The notes beneath the pieces were generated by a model. That model worked only from the letters and a program-made list of their open reading frames with translations. It had not been told where the DNA came from and ran no database searches. A stretch of 62,726 bases of DNA, the filler included. It is 7 parts of 7 records of this genome, joined end to end, with 100 filler letters (N's around TTAATTAATTAA, not from the genome) between each part and the next. Parts side by side here need not be neighbours in the genome. Positions count along the whole stretch, not along the records: positions 1 to 10,914 come from SRR31156797_54334; positions 11,015 to 20,349 come from SRR31156797_54352; 5 more parts are not named here. One strand, 5' to 3'. Both the position numbers and the translations under genes were made by a program. The first letter of the stretch is position 1; each line of letters starts with the position of its first letter. Of this stretch, positions 8,303 through 19,136 are shown piece by piece.

Positions 8303-10906
8303 ATGCGTAAAAAACGCGGGCGTGAAGACTTTAGAATTGGTGAAATACTTGTTAAAAAAGGATATGTCAGGCAGTCGGACGTCAACCGTGCCGTTGCCAT
8401 TCAGCAAAAGGAATTTAAGGAAAAGGACCTGGCCCTGGGGGAACTTATGGTCAAGGAGGGGCTCATCACCCGGGCGCAGCTTCAGACCCTTCTGGAGCAC
8501 CCCTATCTTCGGAAGGACCTGGGGAAGACCGCCCTGGAGAAGGGGGTGTTTACTTCAGAGCAATTAAAGAAACTTCGTTCACTAAAGCAAAACGATGAAT
8601 CCGTGGACGAATTTATCGTGCGTAAGGGGGTGCTCAAGGGAAAGACACTGAAAGCCTTGAAACAGTTCCAGTTGAAAAAGGTCCGCATCGGCGATCTGGC
8701 CCTGAAACTCAATATGATCGGCGAAAAAGAGTTGACCCGGTTGGTCGCGATAAAAGGCTCTATTCGATCCTTGGGGGAGATTCTATGCGACCTGAAGCTG
8801 ATTTCTCCGGCGGATTTGAACCTGATACTGAAACAGCACAACAAGGCGTTGAAATTGGGAATGTACCTGGTGAAGCGTAACCTGATCTCTTCCATTGACC
8901 TCAATTCCGCCCTGAAACTCCAGAAGCACGGGAACCGGAAGCTGGGCGAGATTCTGGTAAGTCAGAACCTCATCACCGAAGAACAGCTGTATAAGGCCCT
9001 TTCCCGGTTGAACCACATCCCGTTTCGTCAGCTTGACGATTTTTCTTTCAAAGAGGAAGAAAAGGCCAGGCTGGTGGGGCTCATCAGTTATCGGTATGCC
9101 CATAAGAACCGCATCCTTCCTCTTTCCATGAAGGATGAGACGCTGGTCATCGCCATCAACAATCCCAGTGAACTGGGGATCACCAACGAGTTGAACGTCC
9201 TCTACGGGCAGTATTCGCCGAAATTTCTTCTCATTACGGACAAAAAATTCGAAACCCTGTTCCGTCACCTCTACGGGAAAAGTCTCCTTCCCGAGGAGGC
9301 GGAGGAGGAAAATAAGAAGACGCAAGCCTCCTCCGCCGCTGATCAGCTTGAAGGGGTTTCCCTCAATCTCTCCGACGACAGTGAAATGGACAAGACGTCC
9401 TCGGATCATTACGGCTATGCCAATATGGAGGTGGAGGAGGTTGTCAATTACATCATCAAGTACGGCATTGTCAATAACGCCAGTGATATTCATATCGAGC
9501 AGGACAAGAGCATGGTCAAGATTCGGTACCGCATCGACGGGATCCTCCAGGTCCTGAACCTGAAGTGGCTGGATGCGATTCTTCAGGCCAATATCAACTC
9601 CATCATCTCCCGGATTAAAATTTTGTCCAAACTCGATATTTCGGAGCGCCGGAAGCCCCAGGACGGGGTGTTCCGCATCAATTATCACGATTCACGCCTG
9701 AAACAGACCGTGGACCTGGATTTCCGGGTGGCGGTCTGTCCGGCCATCATCGGCGAAAACGTCACCATCCGGATTCTGGATTCCCGGAAGGCCAATGTGG
9801 GAATCGGCAACCTGGGCCATGGCACCCATGTGTTGGGGCCGTTCAAAAAGCTGCTGAAAAGCAGCTCCGGCATCATCATCGTGTGTGGCCCCACCGGCAG
9901 CGGAAAGTCCTCCACCCTTTATGGGGCGCTCCAGCAGATCCACCATCCCGGGATCAAGATCATCACGGCCGAGGATCCCATCGAGTACAGTATCAGCGGC
10001 GTGATGCAATGCCAGGTGAATAACGTGGTTGGGGTCTCGTTTTCCTCTCTGCTGAGGTCCTTCCTGCGGTTTGATCCCGATGTGATCCTGGTCGGGGAGA
10101 TGCGGGACGAGGAAACGGCAGCCATCGGTTTTGATGCCGCCCAGACCGGCCACCTTCTGCTCAGCACCCTCCATACCAATGACGCCGTGGGAGCGATTCC
10201 CAGGCTTATGGATCTTGATATTGAAAGCAATCAGATCTCCAATTCCCTGCTTGGCGTTCTGGCCCAGCGGCTCATCCGGCGGCTTTGCGATGGGTGCAAG
10301 AGTCGTTATATCCCGGATGAGAAGGAGTGGAGCATGCTTTTCCCCTCCTTCCCGGCGGATCTGGAATTTTTCAAGGCCAATGGGTGTCCGGACTGTGATT
10401 ATACCGGGTTCAAGGGGCGTACCATCTTATCTGAGCTGTTCGTGGTTGATCCGGAGGTCGCCCAGGCCATTAAAAATGGAGACGGCGCAAAGAAGATCAA
10501 ACAGCTGGCCATCAGCAAAGGAATGAAAACCATGATTGATGACGGGGTTGCCAAGCTGGAGCAGACCACCCTGTCGGAGATCATCCGGGTGTCTCCCCAT
10601 GAGGCGATCAAGGAGTTCCAGTCCAGGGGCAGGACAGGGGAGGAGGGATCCTCCTTTGAAGGGGATTCCGAGTTTGTCATCCATGATCCCACTCGGGAGA
10701 TGAACGTCATTGACATGATGTATATTCGGTATCTGAAACTCAACAATCTCTCTCCTGACGACCGGGAGGACCGGGAGCTCTTCAGACGCTTCATCCAGGA
10801 CAATTATGGGGAGATCTCCAGGCGATACCGCTGCGGCCGGATCTGCTTCAGGCTCCGGCAAGGAGGGAACGGCAAGGTGGCGATTCAGTCCGTTCCCCAA
10901 CCCTGA
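8303..10906 (+). CDS. GspE/PilB/MshE-family secretion or pilus assembly ATPase with expanded N-terminal MshEN repeats
   Basis: ASDIHIE, Walker A GPTGSGKS, AEDPIEY, Walker B DVILVGEMRD, His box STLHTND, CxxC..CxxC. Repeated (R/K)(L/I)GxxL...(L/I)(T/S)xxxL motifs at the N-terminus. Start ATG 8303 (alternative 8276). Confidence 0.93.
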   Translation: MRKKRGREDFRIGEILVKKGYVRQSDVNRAVAIQQKEFKEKDLALGELMVKEGLITRAQLQTLLEHPYLRKDLGKTALEKGVFTSEQLKKLRSLKQNDESVDEFIVRKGVLKGKTLKALKQFQLKKVRIGDLALKLNMIGEKELTRLVAIKGSIRSLGEILCDLKLISPADLNLILKQHNKALKLGMYLVKRNLISSIDLNSALKLQKHGNRKLGEILVSQNLITEEQLYKALSRLNHIPFRQLDDFSFKEEEKARLVGLISYRYAHKNRILPLSMKDETLVIAINNPSELGITNELNVLYGQYSPKFLLITDKKFETLFRHLYGKSLLPEEAEEENKKTQASSAADQLEGVSLNLSDDSEMDKTSSDHYGYANMEVEEVVNYIIKYGIVNNASDIHIEQDKSMVKIRYRIDGILQVLNLKWLDAILQANINSIISRIKILSKLDISERRKPQDGVFRINYHDSRLKQTVDLDFRVAVCPAIIGENVTIRILDSRKANVGIGNLGHGTHVLGPFKKLLKSSSGIIIVCGPTGSGKSSTLYGALQQIHHPGIKIITAEDPIEYSISGVMQCQVNNVVGVSFSSLLRSFLRFDPDVILVGEMRDEETAAIGFDAAQTGHLLLSTLHTNDAVGAIPRLMDLDIESNQISNSLLGVLAQRLIRRLCDGCKSRYIPDEKEWSMLFPSFPADLEFFKANGCPDCDYTGFKGRTILSELFVVDPEVAQAIKNGDGAKKIKQLAISKGMKTMIDDGVAKLEQTTLSEIIRVSPHEAIKEFQSRGRTGEEGSSFEGDSEFVIHDPTREMNVIDMMYIRYLKLNNLSPDDREDRELFRRFIQDNYGEISRRYRCGRICFRLRQGGNGKVAIQSVPQP

Positions 10907-10914
10907 TCGGTCGA

Positions 10915-11014
10915 NNNNNNNNNNNNNNNNNNNNNNNNNNNNNNNNNNNNNNNNNNNNTTAATTAATTAANNNNNNNNNNNNNNNNNNNNNNNNNNNNNN
11001 NNNNNNNNNNNNNN
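10915..11014. other. Artificial contig linker
   Basis: N44-TTAATTAATTAA-N44, stops in all six frames. Confidence 0.99.
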
Positions 11015-11150
11015 CGGGCATTCCGGTGCATACCGGGCAGGTGTGGGCGTTTGGGGAGGCTCCAAAGCTGGTGGAGCAGCTGCAGAATATCTTGGTCTCG
11101 GTGTCGAGCTGGGCGTGGACTTCCAACCCTATTACAGGTTCAAACCGCAT
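11015..11150 (-). CDS. gatB: Asp/Glu-tRNA amidotransferase subunit B, 5' fragment
   Basis: [25 protein letters not shown]...CPVCTGMP is the GatB N-terminus. Cut by the linker. Confidence 0.95.
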
Positions 11151-11404
11151 ATATCTGTTATTCCTGTCTCTTGGCCGCCCCTGGGGCGGCGTTAACGATT
11201 AAATCCTTGGATGGTGTACAAAATTCAACAATATCTTATAACCTTGATGATTTGATTTATCAATACTATTCTTTATGTTATATTGACTGTTTGCAGAAAA
11301 TGCAACTTACGGCGGGAGTGCCGTTTTATACAGTTCATGAAACGTCCGGGCCGGTGACAAGGGTACGGGAATCCGGCAGGGACGTTAAAAGAGGATGATC
11401 GTCA

Positions 11405-11596
11405 ATGGAATTTTTTTTATGTGTGATGGGCATGGTGATGATCGTGGAGGGGCTTCCCTACTTTGCCTTTCCCGCCCGGATGAAGGAGATGATTCAGGTG
11501 GTACTGACCCTTCCTGATGAAGCCCTGCGCAGGTTCGGATGTATGCTTATGGTGTTGGGGCTTGGTATTGTTTATCTGGGGAGGAATCTTGGCTGA
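11405..11596 (+). CDS. DUF2065 (YjeT-like) small membrane protein
   Basis: GMVMIVEGLPYFAFP..MK ... LRRFG pattern. Confidence 0.85.
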   Translation: MEFFLCVMGMVMIVEGLPYFAFPARMKEMIQVVLTLPDEALRRFGCMLMVLGLGIVYLGRNLG

Positions 11597-12654
11597 TGTA
11601 TGGCTTGACTGATTATTGTTATGACCTTCCCGAGGACAGGATCGCCCAGGAGCCTTGTGAGAACCGGGACGGATCGAGGCTGCTGAGACTGGATAAAGAG
11701 AGTGGCGACCTTTCCCACCACCGGTTTCAGGAGATACTGGACCTGCTCAACCCCGGCGACCTTGTGGTGATCAACAACACAAAGGTCGTGCCGGCCCGGC
11801 TTAAGGGCAACAAGACCACGGGCGGGGCCGTGGAGGTGATGATCGTTGATTATGCCACCGGGCTGAAAAGCCTTGAAGTCAACGGTTATTTCCAATGCGA
11901 CTGCCTTGTGCGGGCTTCCAAAAGCCCGAAGGAAGGGGCTGTTCTACATCTTGGCGAGGAGGTCACGGCCAGGGTCGAACAGCGGAAAGGAGGGCTGTTC
12001 GAGCTCAGGTTCTTCTGTGAGGGCGATGTGGTCAAGGCCCTGAAGAACCGGGGAGAGCTGCCGTTGCCGCCCTATATCCGCCGGAACAACGGGGTGAATA
12101 CCCAGGACCGGACGAGCTACCAGACCGTTTATGCCAAGGAAGAGGGTGCGGTTGCCGCCCCCACGGCAGGGCTTCACTTTACCGATTCCCTGATGCAGGC
12201 GCTTCGGTCTAAAGGGGTCGAGTTTACCACCGTTACCCTCCATGTGGGCTATGGCACCTTTGTGCCGGTCCGGGTGGACGACATCCGGGACCACAAGATC
12301 CACAGTGAATCCTATCACGTCACTGATGAAAGTGCCCTGGCCATCAACCGGGCCAGGGAGGAGGGCCGACGGGTGGTTGCCGTGGGCACCACCAGCGTCC
12401 GGACCCTGGAGTTTGCAGCGGACGATACCGGGAAAATCACCCCGGGCAGTGGCGTTTGTGACCTTTTTATATATCCGGGGTACAGGTTCAAGCTGGTGGA
12501 CGCCATTATCACAAACTTCCACCTGCCCGAATCCACCCTTCTCATGCTCGTTTCCGCCTTTGCCGGAAAGGATAAGATATTCAGGGCCTATGAAGAGGCC
12601 GTTCAATCAAAATACCGATTTTTCAGCTATGGCGATGCCATGCTCATCGAATAA
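11596..12654 (+). CDS. queA: S-adenosylmethionine:tRNA ribosyltransferase-isomerase
   Basis: YDLPEDRIAQEP, PLPPYIRR, AAPTAGLHF, TLHVGYGTF, TNFHLPESTL, YRFFSYGDAM. Start overlaps the upstream TGA. Confidence 0.97.
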   Translation: MYGLTDYCYDLPEDRIAQEPCENRDGSRLLRLDKESGDLSHHRFQEILDLLNPGDLVVINNTKVVPARLKGNKTTGGAVEVMIVDYATGLKSLEVNGYFQCDCLVRASKSPKEGAVLHLGEEVTARVEQRKGGLFELRFFCEGDVVKALKNRGELPLPPYIRRNNGVNTQDRTSYQTVYAKEEGAVAAPTAGLHFTDSLMQALRSKGVEFTTVTLHVGYGTFVPVRVDDIRDHKIHSESYHVTDESALAINRAREEGRRVVAVGTTSVRTLEFAADDTGKITPGSGVCDLFIYPGYRFKLVDAIITNFHLPESTLLMLVSAFAGKDKIFRAYEEAVQSKYRFFSYGDAMLIE

Positions 12655-12729
12655 CCGGCATGGCCGGAGCATGGTATTTGCGCTTCGGCTTCAACCCAAA
12701 ATGAAATTCCCATGATTACATCGCTTTAA

Positions 12730-13866
<1,137 letters not shown>

Positions 13867-13869
13867 TCC

Positions 13870-15048
13870 ATGACCATCGCAGCGAAGATTGAAGAGACCC
13901 TGTCAAAATCCTCCTGGATCAGGAAGATGTTCGAGGAGGGCGGAAGGCTCAAGGCCGAGCACGGAGCGGACAATGTATTTGATTTCAGCATTGGTAATCC
14001 AAATCTTGAACCGCCCAAGGCTTTTCAGGAGGCCCTTGAGAAGATCGCCTGCCAGAAGGGCGAGAACGTCCACGGCTATATGCCCAACCCCGGCCACCCT
14101 TCGGTGCGGCAGGCCATTGCCGACAGTGTGGGGGATGAGCAGGGCGCCGTTCTTTCAGCCGACGACATCGTTATCACCTGCGGCGCGGCAGGCGGCCTCA
14201 ACATCATCCTGAAGGCCCTGCTCAACCCCGGGGACGAAGTCCTGGTGACACGGCCTTTTTTTGTGGAGTACACCTTTTACGCGGATAACCACGGGGGCGT
14301 GCTCAAGACGGTTGCGGCCAACGAGGATTTCACCCTGAATCTTGCTGCCATGGAAGCGGCCATCACCAAAAAGACCAAGGTGGTGATCATCAATTCCCCC
14401 AACAACCCCACCGGGCAGATCTACTCCGGGGAGAGCCTTGCCGCCCTTGGCAAGCTCCTGGAGAAAAAGGGGGCCGAGTTTGGTACCACCATCTATCTTG
14501 TGTCCGACGAGCCCTACCGGAAGATCGTGTTTGATAATACCGTCGTTCCTCCGGTATTTCCGGCCTATGAGAACACCATCGTGGCAACCTCCCACTCCAA
14601 GGATCTCTCCCTTCCCGGGGAGCGGATCGGCTATCTCGTTGTCAATCCCGGCTGTCCCTTCCGGGACCAGCTCCTGCCGGCCCTGGCCCTGACCAACCGG
14701 ATTCTCGGTTTCGTCAATGCCCCGGCCCTGATGCAGCGGGTGCTTCCCCTTATCCAGGGGGCCAGCGTGGATATCGACGCCTACCGGAGAAAGCGGGATC
14801 TGCTTTGTGACGTGCTCACTGATGCGGGCTACACCTTTACCACCCCTCCCGGGGCCTTTTATCTTTTCCCCAAATCCCCCATTGAGGATGACGTGAAGTT
14901 TGTAAGTATGCTCCAGGAGGAGCTGATCCTGGCCGTGCCGGGTACCGGATTCGGCGGACCCGGATATTTCCGTTTGGCCTTTTGCGTGGATGACGGTACA
15001 ATAGAGCGGTCAAGGTCAGCGTTCAAACGGGCCATGGACAGGGTATAG
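13870..15048 (+). CDS. PLP-dependent class I/II aminotransferase (aspartate aminotransferase-like)
   Basis: INSPNNPTG, SDEPY, SHSKDLSLPGERIG (PLP lysine). Confidence 0.92.
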   Translation: MTIAAKIEETLSKSSWIRKMFEEGGRLKAEHGADNVFDFSIGNPNLEPPKAFQEALEKIACQKGENVHGYMPNPGHPSVRQAIADSVGDEQGAVLSADDIVITCGAAGGLNIILKALLNPGDEVLVTRPFFVEYTFYADNHGGVLKTVAANEDFTLNLAAMEAAITKKTKVVIINSPNNPTGQIYSGESLAALGKLLEKKGAEFGTTIYLVSDEPYRKIVFDNTVVPPVFPAYENTIVATSHSKDLSLPGERIGYLVVNPGCPFRDQLLPALALTNRILGFVNAPALMQRVLPLIQGASVDIDAYRRKRDLLCDVLTDAGYTFTTPPGAFYLFPKSPIEDDVKFVSMLQEELILAVPGTGFGGPGYFRLAFCVDDGTIERSRSAFKRAMDRV

Positions 15049-15058
15049 GAGGGGATCG

Positions 15059-15406
15059 ATGCATGAGATGGGTGTGGCCCAGCAGATAGCTGATATTGCC
15101 CTTGAATCGATTCCCTCGGATATCGAGAATCCAAGGATTGAAGTCCTTAACCTCAGGATCGGCAAGCTTGCGGCGGTTGTGGAGCACAGTCTCCGCTTCT
15201 GCATGGAGATCATAAGCAAGGATACCCCCCTGGAGGGGGCACGGCTTGAGATCGACGAGGTGGATGTAAAGGCAAGGTGTAAAAGCTGCGGCCACGAATG
15301 GGTGGTGGAGGGACCGGCGTTCCGGTGTCCCGCCTGCACGGAAGGCGCCGTGGAGTTGCTGTCCGGACGGGAGCTTGAAATCTCGTCCCTTGAGCTCGCA
15401 GATTGA
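15059..15406 (+). CDS. hypA: Hydrogenase nickel metallochaperone HypA
   Basis: MHE N-terminus, two CxxC motifs, GRELEI C-terminus. Confidence 0.95.
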   Translation: MHEMGVAQQIADIALESIPSDIENPRIEVLNLRIGKLAAVVEHSLRFCMEIISKDTPLEGARLEIDEVDVKARCKSCGHEWVVEGPAFRCPACTEGAVELLSGRELEISSLELAD

Positions 15407-15449
15407 TATAAACCGATAAAGATACAACGTTAGGATTAGGCAAAAGATT

Positions 15450-16112
15450 ATGGAGATAAAGATTCAGAAGAGGGTGCTGGAAGCCAACGAGAGCATGGCT
15501 GAAAAGAACAGGAAATTTTTTGCGGAAAAAAAGGTGTTTGTCCTGAACATGATGAGTTCCCCCGGATCCGGGAAGACGGAGACCCTTTGCAAGACCCTCT
15601 CAAGGATAATGCCCGGGATACGGACCGGTGTCATCGTGGGGGATATCTGCACCACCAATGACGCAGACAGGCTCGAGGCGACAGGGGCCGTAGCGATCCA
15701 GATCAACACGGATCAGTTCGGCGGCGACTGCCACCTTGCGGCCCACCTCATCGAAAAGGCGGCCAGGGAGTTTGACCTTGATAACCTGGATCTTCTCATT
15801 GTCGAGAACATCGGCAACCTTGTGTGTCCCGCCGAGTTTGATATCGGAGAGGATGCCAGAACCGTCCTGTTGAGCGTCACCGAGGGCGAAGACAAGCCCT
15901 TGAAATACCCCTTGATGTTCCGGCTGGCCGATTCAGCCATTCTCAACAAGGTCGATCTTTTGCCCTACCTTGATTTTAACGCGAAAGAGGCCGTGGATAA
16001 CATGACCCAGGTGCATCCCGGGATGCCGGTGTTTGAGTTGTCCGCAAAGACAGAAGAGGGATTCGAGCCCTGGATCAGCTGGCTCGAATCAAAGGTGCGA
16101 TCAAAGATTTAG
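15450..16112 (+). CDS. hypB: Hydrogenase nickel incorporation GTPase HypB
   Basis: SSPGSGKT, CHL, ENIGNLVCPAEFDIGE, EGEDKPLKYP, NKVD. Confidence 0.95.
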   Translation: MEIKIQKRVLEANESMAEKNRKFFAEKKVFVLNMMSSPGSGKTETLCKTLSRIMPGIRTGVIVGDICTTNDADRLEATGAVAIQINTDQFGGDCHLAAHLIEKAAREFDLDNLDLLIVENIGNLVCPAEFDIGEDARTVLLSVTEGEDKPLKYPLMFRLADSAILNKVDLLPYLDFNAKEAVDNMTQVHPGMPVFELSAKTEEGFEPWISWLESKVRSKI

Positions 16113-16207
16113 CACTTTTGCTTCTTAGCTCTGATTCTCGTGTTGTTTTGGCAAGGGAATCAGAAAACTTCTTTGGTCCTGGAAAGTCCAGGATAGGGGG
16201 GGGAGTC

Positions 16208-17065
16208 ATGGAGAGGAAGCGCGCGGCATTCAAAGGCTCTTGGTATCCGGCCGACGCCCGGGGATGTGAACGGGATATAGCCGGGTTTCTCAGCCAGGGT
16301 AAAGGGGATCTCCAGGGAGAGTATGTGGGAGGAATCGTGCCCCATGCCGGATGGTATTTTTCCGGTTCCATCGCCTGCCGGGTGATCGGAACCATGGCGG
16401 CCGGGGCCGGGGATGTGGACGTGGTGCTCCTGTTCGGCCTTCATATGAGTCCGGGCTCAACCCCCCGCATTATGGTGAAGGGGGGCTGGGAAACGCCCTT
16501 TGGGGATCTCGCGGTCCATGAAGCGTTTGCCGGCGCCCTTGCCAAAAAGGTTCCGGCCAATGCCGTGTCCCCCGCAACCTTTCCCGAGGATAACACCATC
16601 GAGGTCCAGCTCCCCTTTGTAAAGCATTTCTTTCCAAGGGCAGCCATCGTACCCGTGGGGGTCCCGCCGTCCCATCTTGCCCGGACCATTGGAACGGCTG
16701 CCGCTGAAGTGGCCTCGGAATTGGGGCTTGCCGTCAAGGTGATCGGTTCCACCGATATGACCCACTACGGATACAACTACGGGTTTACCCCCGAGGGAAC
16801 CGGCGAAACCGCCCATGACTGGGTCAGGAAAACCAATGATCCCAAGGCGATCAAGGCCATGGTCTCCATGGATGCCGACGCCATTGTGGACCAGGGTCTG
16901 AAGAACCACAACCTCTGCTGCGCAGGCGCCGCAGCTGCCGCAGCCACCGCTTCCAAAGCAATGGGCGCCGTCAGGGGTATCGAACTCGACTACGCAACCA
17001 GCTATGAAAAGAGTCCCGGAGACAGCTTTGTGGGCTATTCCGGCATCCTGTTCGAAAAGGCGTAA
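16208..17065 (+). CDS. AmmeMemoRadiSam system protein B (MEMO1 family)
   Basis: R.AAFKGSWYP, IVPHAGWYFSG, TIEVQLPF, STDMTHYG, SFVGY. Start ATG 16208. Confidence 0.9.
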   Translation: MERKRAAFKGSWYPADARGCERDIAGFLSQGKGDLQGEYVGGIVPHAGWYFSGSIACRVIGTMAAGAGDVDVVLLFGLHMSPGSTPRIMVKGGWETPFGDLAVHEAFAGALAKKVPANAVSPATFPEDNTIEVQLPFVKHFFPRAAIVPVGVPPSHLARTIGTAAAEVASELGLAVKVIGSTDMTHYGYNYGFTPEGTGETAHDWVRKTNDPKAIKAMVSMDADAIVDQGLKNHNLCCAGAAAAAATASKAMGAVRGIELDYATSYEKSPGDSFVGYSGILFEKA

Positions 17066-17139
17066 CCTGTATTATATATTTTCGATGGTCGTAATCATTT
17101 AAGGAATGATTTTGAACCCGTAAATAATAGGGCGCCCAT

Positions 17140-17358
17140 ATGCAAAAAACAGAAATTGAAAAAATTGTCCAGGCAAGATTAAAGGATGCTGAAGTTTTAT
17201 TGGAAGCTTCGCGTTTTGATGGCTCCGTTTATTTGTGTGGGTATGCGATTGAACTTGGTTTAAAAGCACGGATATGCAAAACGCTTCAGTGGAATGAATA
17301 CCCTACCACCTCATTTTTGGGAGGTCCAATTTTCAACCTCAAGGATCAAACACTTTAG
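17140..17358 (+). pseudogene. Truncated HEPN-domain protein
   Basis: ARLKDAEVLL..SRFDGSVYLCGYAIELGLKARIC is a HEPN N-half. The expected (K)THxL motif and C-terminal half are missing. Sequence is AT-richer than the flanks. Confidence 0.65.
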
Positions 17359-17371
17359 CCGGATCATTTAT

Positions 17372-18907
17372 TCATATTTTTTGATACCGTCCATGGGGAA
17401 TCCCCAGCTTTTTCATGCGGGAGCGCAGGGTGCTGGGGTTAATATCCAGAAGCGCTGCAGCCCCGTCCCGGCCGTGGACCTTTCCTTGGGTCTGTTTCAG
17501 GATGTTCCGGATGTGCTGCCCCATGACTTCATCCAGACTTTGGGGGGGATGAGGCATCGGTTCCGGTGCAGACGCCGGGGCGGGGGCCTGGGGACAACAG
17601 ATCCAGTCGAAATTGAGTTCCCCGTCCTGGCCGCAGATCAGTGCCCGCTCAATACAATTTTTAAATTCACGGACATTGCCCGGCCAGGAATGGGCCATGA
17701 GTTTTTCCAGTTGAGCGTCTGATATGGCCGGGATGCTTGCCATGCCCATCCCGGTGGCCATGGAGGAGATAAAGTGGTGGGCCAGGGCGGGAATGTCCAT
17801 GGTTCTCATGCGCAGGGGCGGGATATCGATGGGAAAGACATTGATGCGGAATAAAAGGTCCTCCCGGAACCGGTTTTCCTGAACCATGGTGGTCAAATCC
17901 CGGTGGGTGGCCGCGATGAGGCGGAAGTCCACTTGGAGGGGGTGTGATCCCCCCACACGGATGATTTCTTTATTCTGGAGCACCCGGAGAAGCCTCACCT
18001 GGGCCTGGAGGGGAAGCTCGCCGATCTCATCCAGGAAAATGGTGCCCCCCTGGGCCTGTTCAAAGTAGCCGGTGGAACGCTGGACCGCCCCTGTAAAAGC
18101 TCCTTTCTCATGGCCGAAAAGCTCACTGTCAATGAGGGCTTCCGGGATGGCCCCGCAATTGACTTTAACGAAGGGACCGCCCCGACGCCGGGAATGTTTG
18201 TAAATGGCGTTGGCAATGAATTCCTTGCCGGCTCCGGTTTCACCGGTGAGCAGGACAGTGCTGTCCAGATGGGAAACCTGCCGGACCTGTTTCATCACAT
18301 GGGCCAGCCCGGCCCCTTCGTCCATGAGGGTCTCCCCGGAGGGAATAAGCATGCCTTTGAGTTGCCGGTTCTCTCCGGCCAGGCGCAGGGAAGCGTTGCG
18401 CATTTTCCGGTGCTTCAGGGAATTGGCAATGGCAATGGCACAGGGGATGCGAAGCTCGGTGCAGAGCATTTCATCGGTGTCGGTGAACGGTCTTTTTCCT
18501 TTTCTGTAGAGGCCGATGACCCCCTTGGACTGGCCTTCGATCAGCATGCGCACCAGGATGACCGAGGCGGGCCCCCGGACCACCTCGGGTGCCACCCGGG
18601 AGGTCACCGGGCAGTCGGACAGCCGGTTCAGCACCTTGGATTTCCTGCGGTTGGGCTGTTTTAACCGCTGTATCAAATCTTCGGAAATGGGCACCTCGGT
18701 GTCCATCTCCCTGAACCCGTCCTTGTCGGCATGGGCAATGTACTGGATGGCCCGCCGTTCCTCATTAAAGATATTGATATAGATGCCGTCGGCGGGGATA
18801 TAGCTGTTTATATGGAGGAAACAATCGTGCAATGCCTTGGCAATGTTGAGGCTGCCACAGATGGCAAGGGTGCCACCCTTAAAAAATTCTGATTTAGATA
18901 TGTTCAT
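17372..18907 (-). CDS. GAF + AAA+ + HTH sigma54-dependent activator, same subfamily as 6494-8050
   Basis: [28 protein letters not shown]. Shares the FFxxxTxxICGSLNI N-terminus and INPSTLRxRMKKL end with 6494-8050. Confidence 0.95.
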   Translation of the reverse strand: MNISKSEFFKGGTLAICGSLNIAKALHDCFLHINSYIPADGIYINIFNEERRAIQYIAHADKDGFREMDTEVPISEDLIQRLKQPNRRKSKVLNRLSDCPVTSRVAPEVVRGPASVILVRMLIEGQSKGVIGLYRKGKRPFTDTDEMLCTELRIPCAIAIANSLKHRKMRNASLRLAGENRQLKGMLIPSGETLMDEGAGLAHVMKQVRQVSHLDSTVLLTGETGAGKEFIANAIYKHSRRRGGPFVKVNCGAIPEALIDSELFGHEKGAFTGAVQRSTGYFEQAQGGTIFLDEIGELPLQAQVRLLRVLQNKEIIRVGGSHPLQVDFRLIAATHRDLTTMVQENRFREDLLFRINVFPIDIPPLRMRTMDIPALAHHFISSMATGMGMASIPAISDAQLEKLMAHSWPGNVREFKNCIERALICGQDGELNFDWICCPQAPAPASAPEPMPHPPQSLDEVMGQHIRNILKQTQGKVHGRDGAAALLDINPSTLRSRMKKLGIPHGRYQKI

Positions 18908-18931
18908 TAAATTAACCTTCCCGGATTAAAT

Positions 18932-18986
18932 TGCGGAATCACACAATACTGCGAAATATCGTAAAAATCAATTGTTAAATTTCGCA
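18932..18986. promoter_or_regulatory. Enhancer (UAS) sites
   Basis: TGCGAAATATCGTA (18950-18963), TGTTAAATTTCGCA (18973-18986), weaker TGCGGAATCACACA (18932-18945). Confidence 0.55.
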
Positions 18987-19037
18987 ATACGGTGGACAAG
19001 AGGTGGGTATTGGGCTGAATTTCCTGGAAAATAAATG

Positions 19038-19054
19038 TTGGCACACCTCCTGCA
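19038..19054 (+). promoter_or_regulatory. Sigma54 -24/-12 promoter of the flavocytochrome gene
   Basis: TTGGCACACCTCCTGCA, which is GG-N10-GC. Confidence 0.88.
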
Positions 19055-19136
19055 TTTGATTTGCCCGGCAAAGTTCCCATGGGGTTCCGAAAGGAAATAT
19101 GGGCAGGATTTAATTTAGCTATAATCAGGAATTAAC

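Noticed and set aside
11340-11390. Imperfect hairpin upstream of the queA operon as a preQ1 riboswitch
   Set aside because: It lacks the preQ1 consensus loop and A-rich tail.
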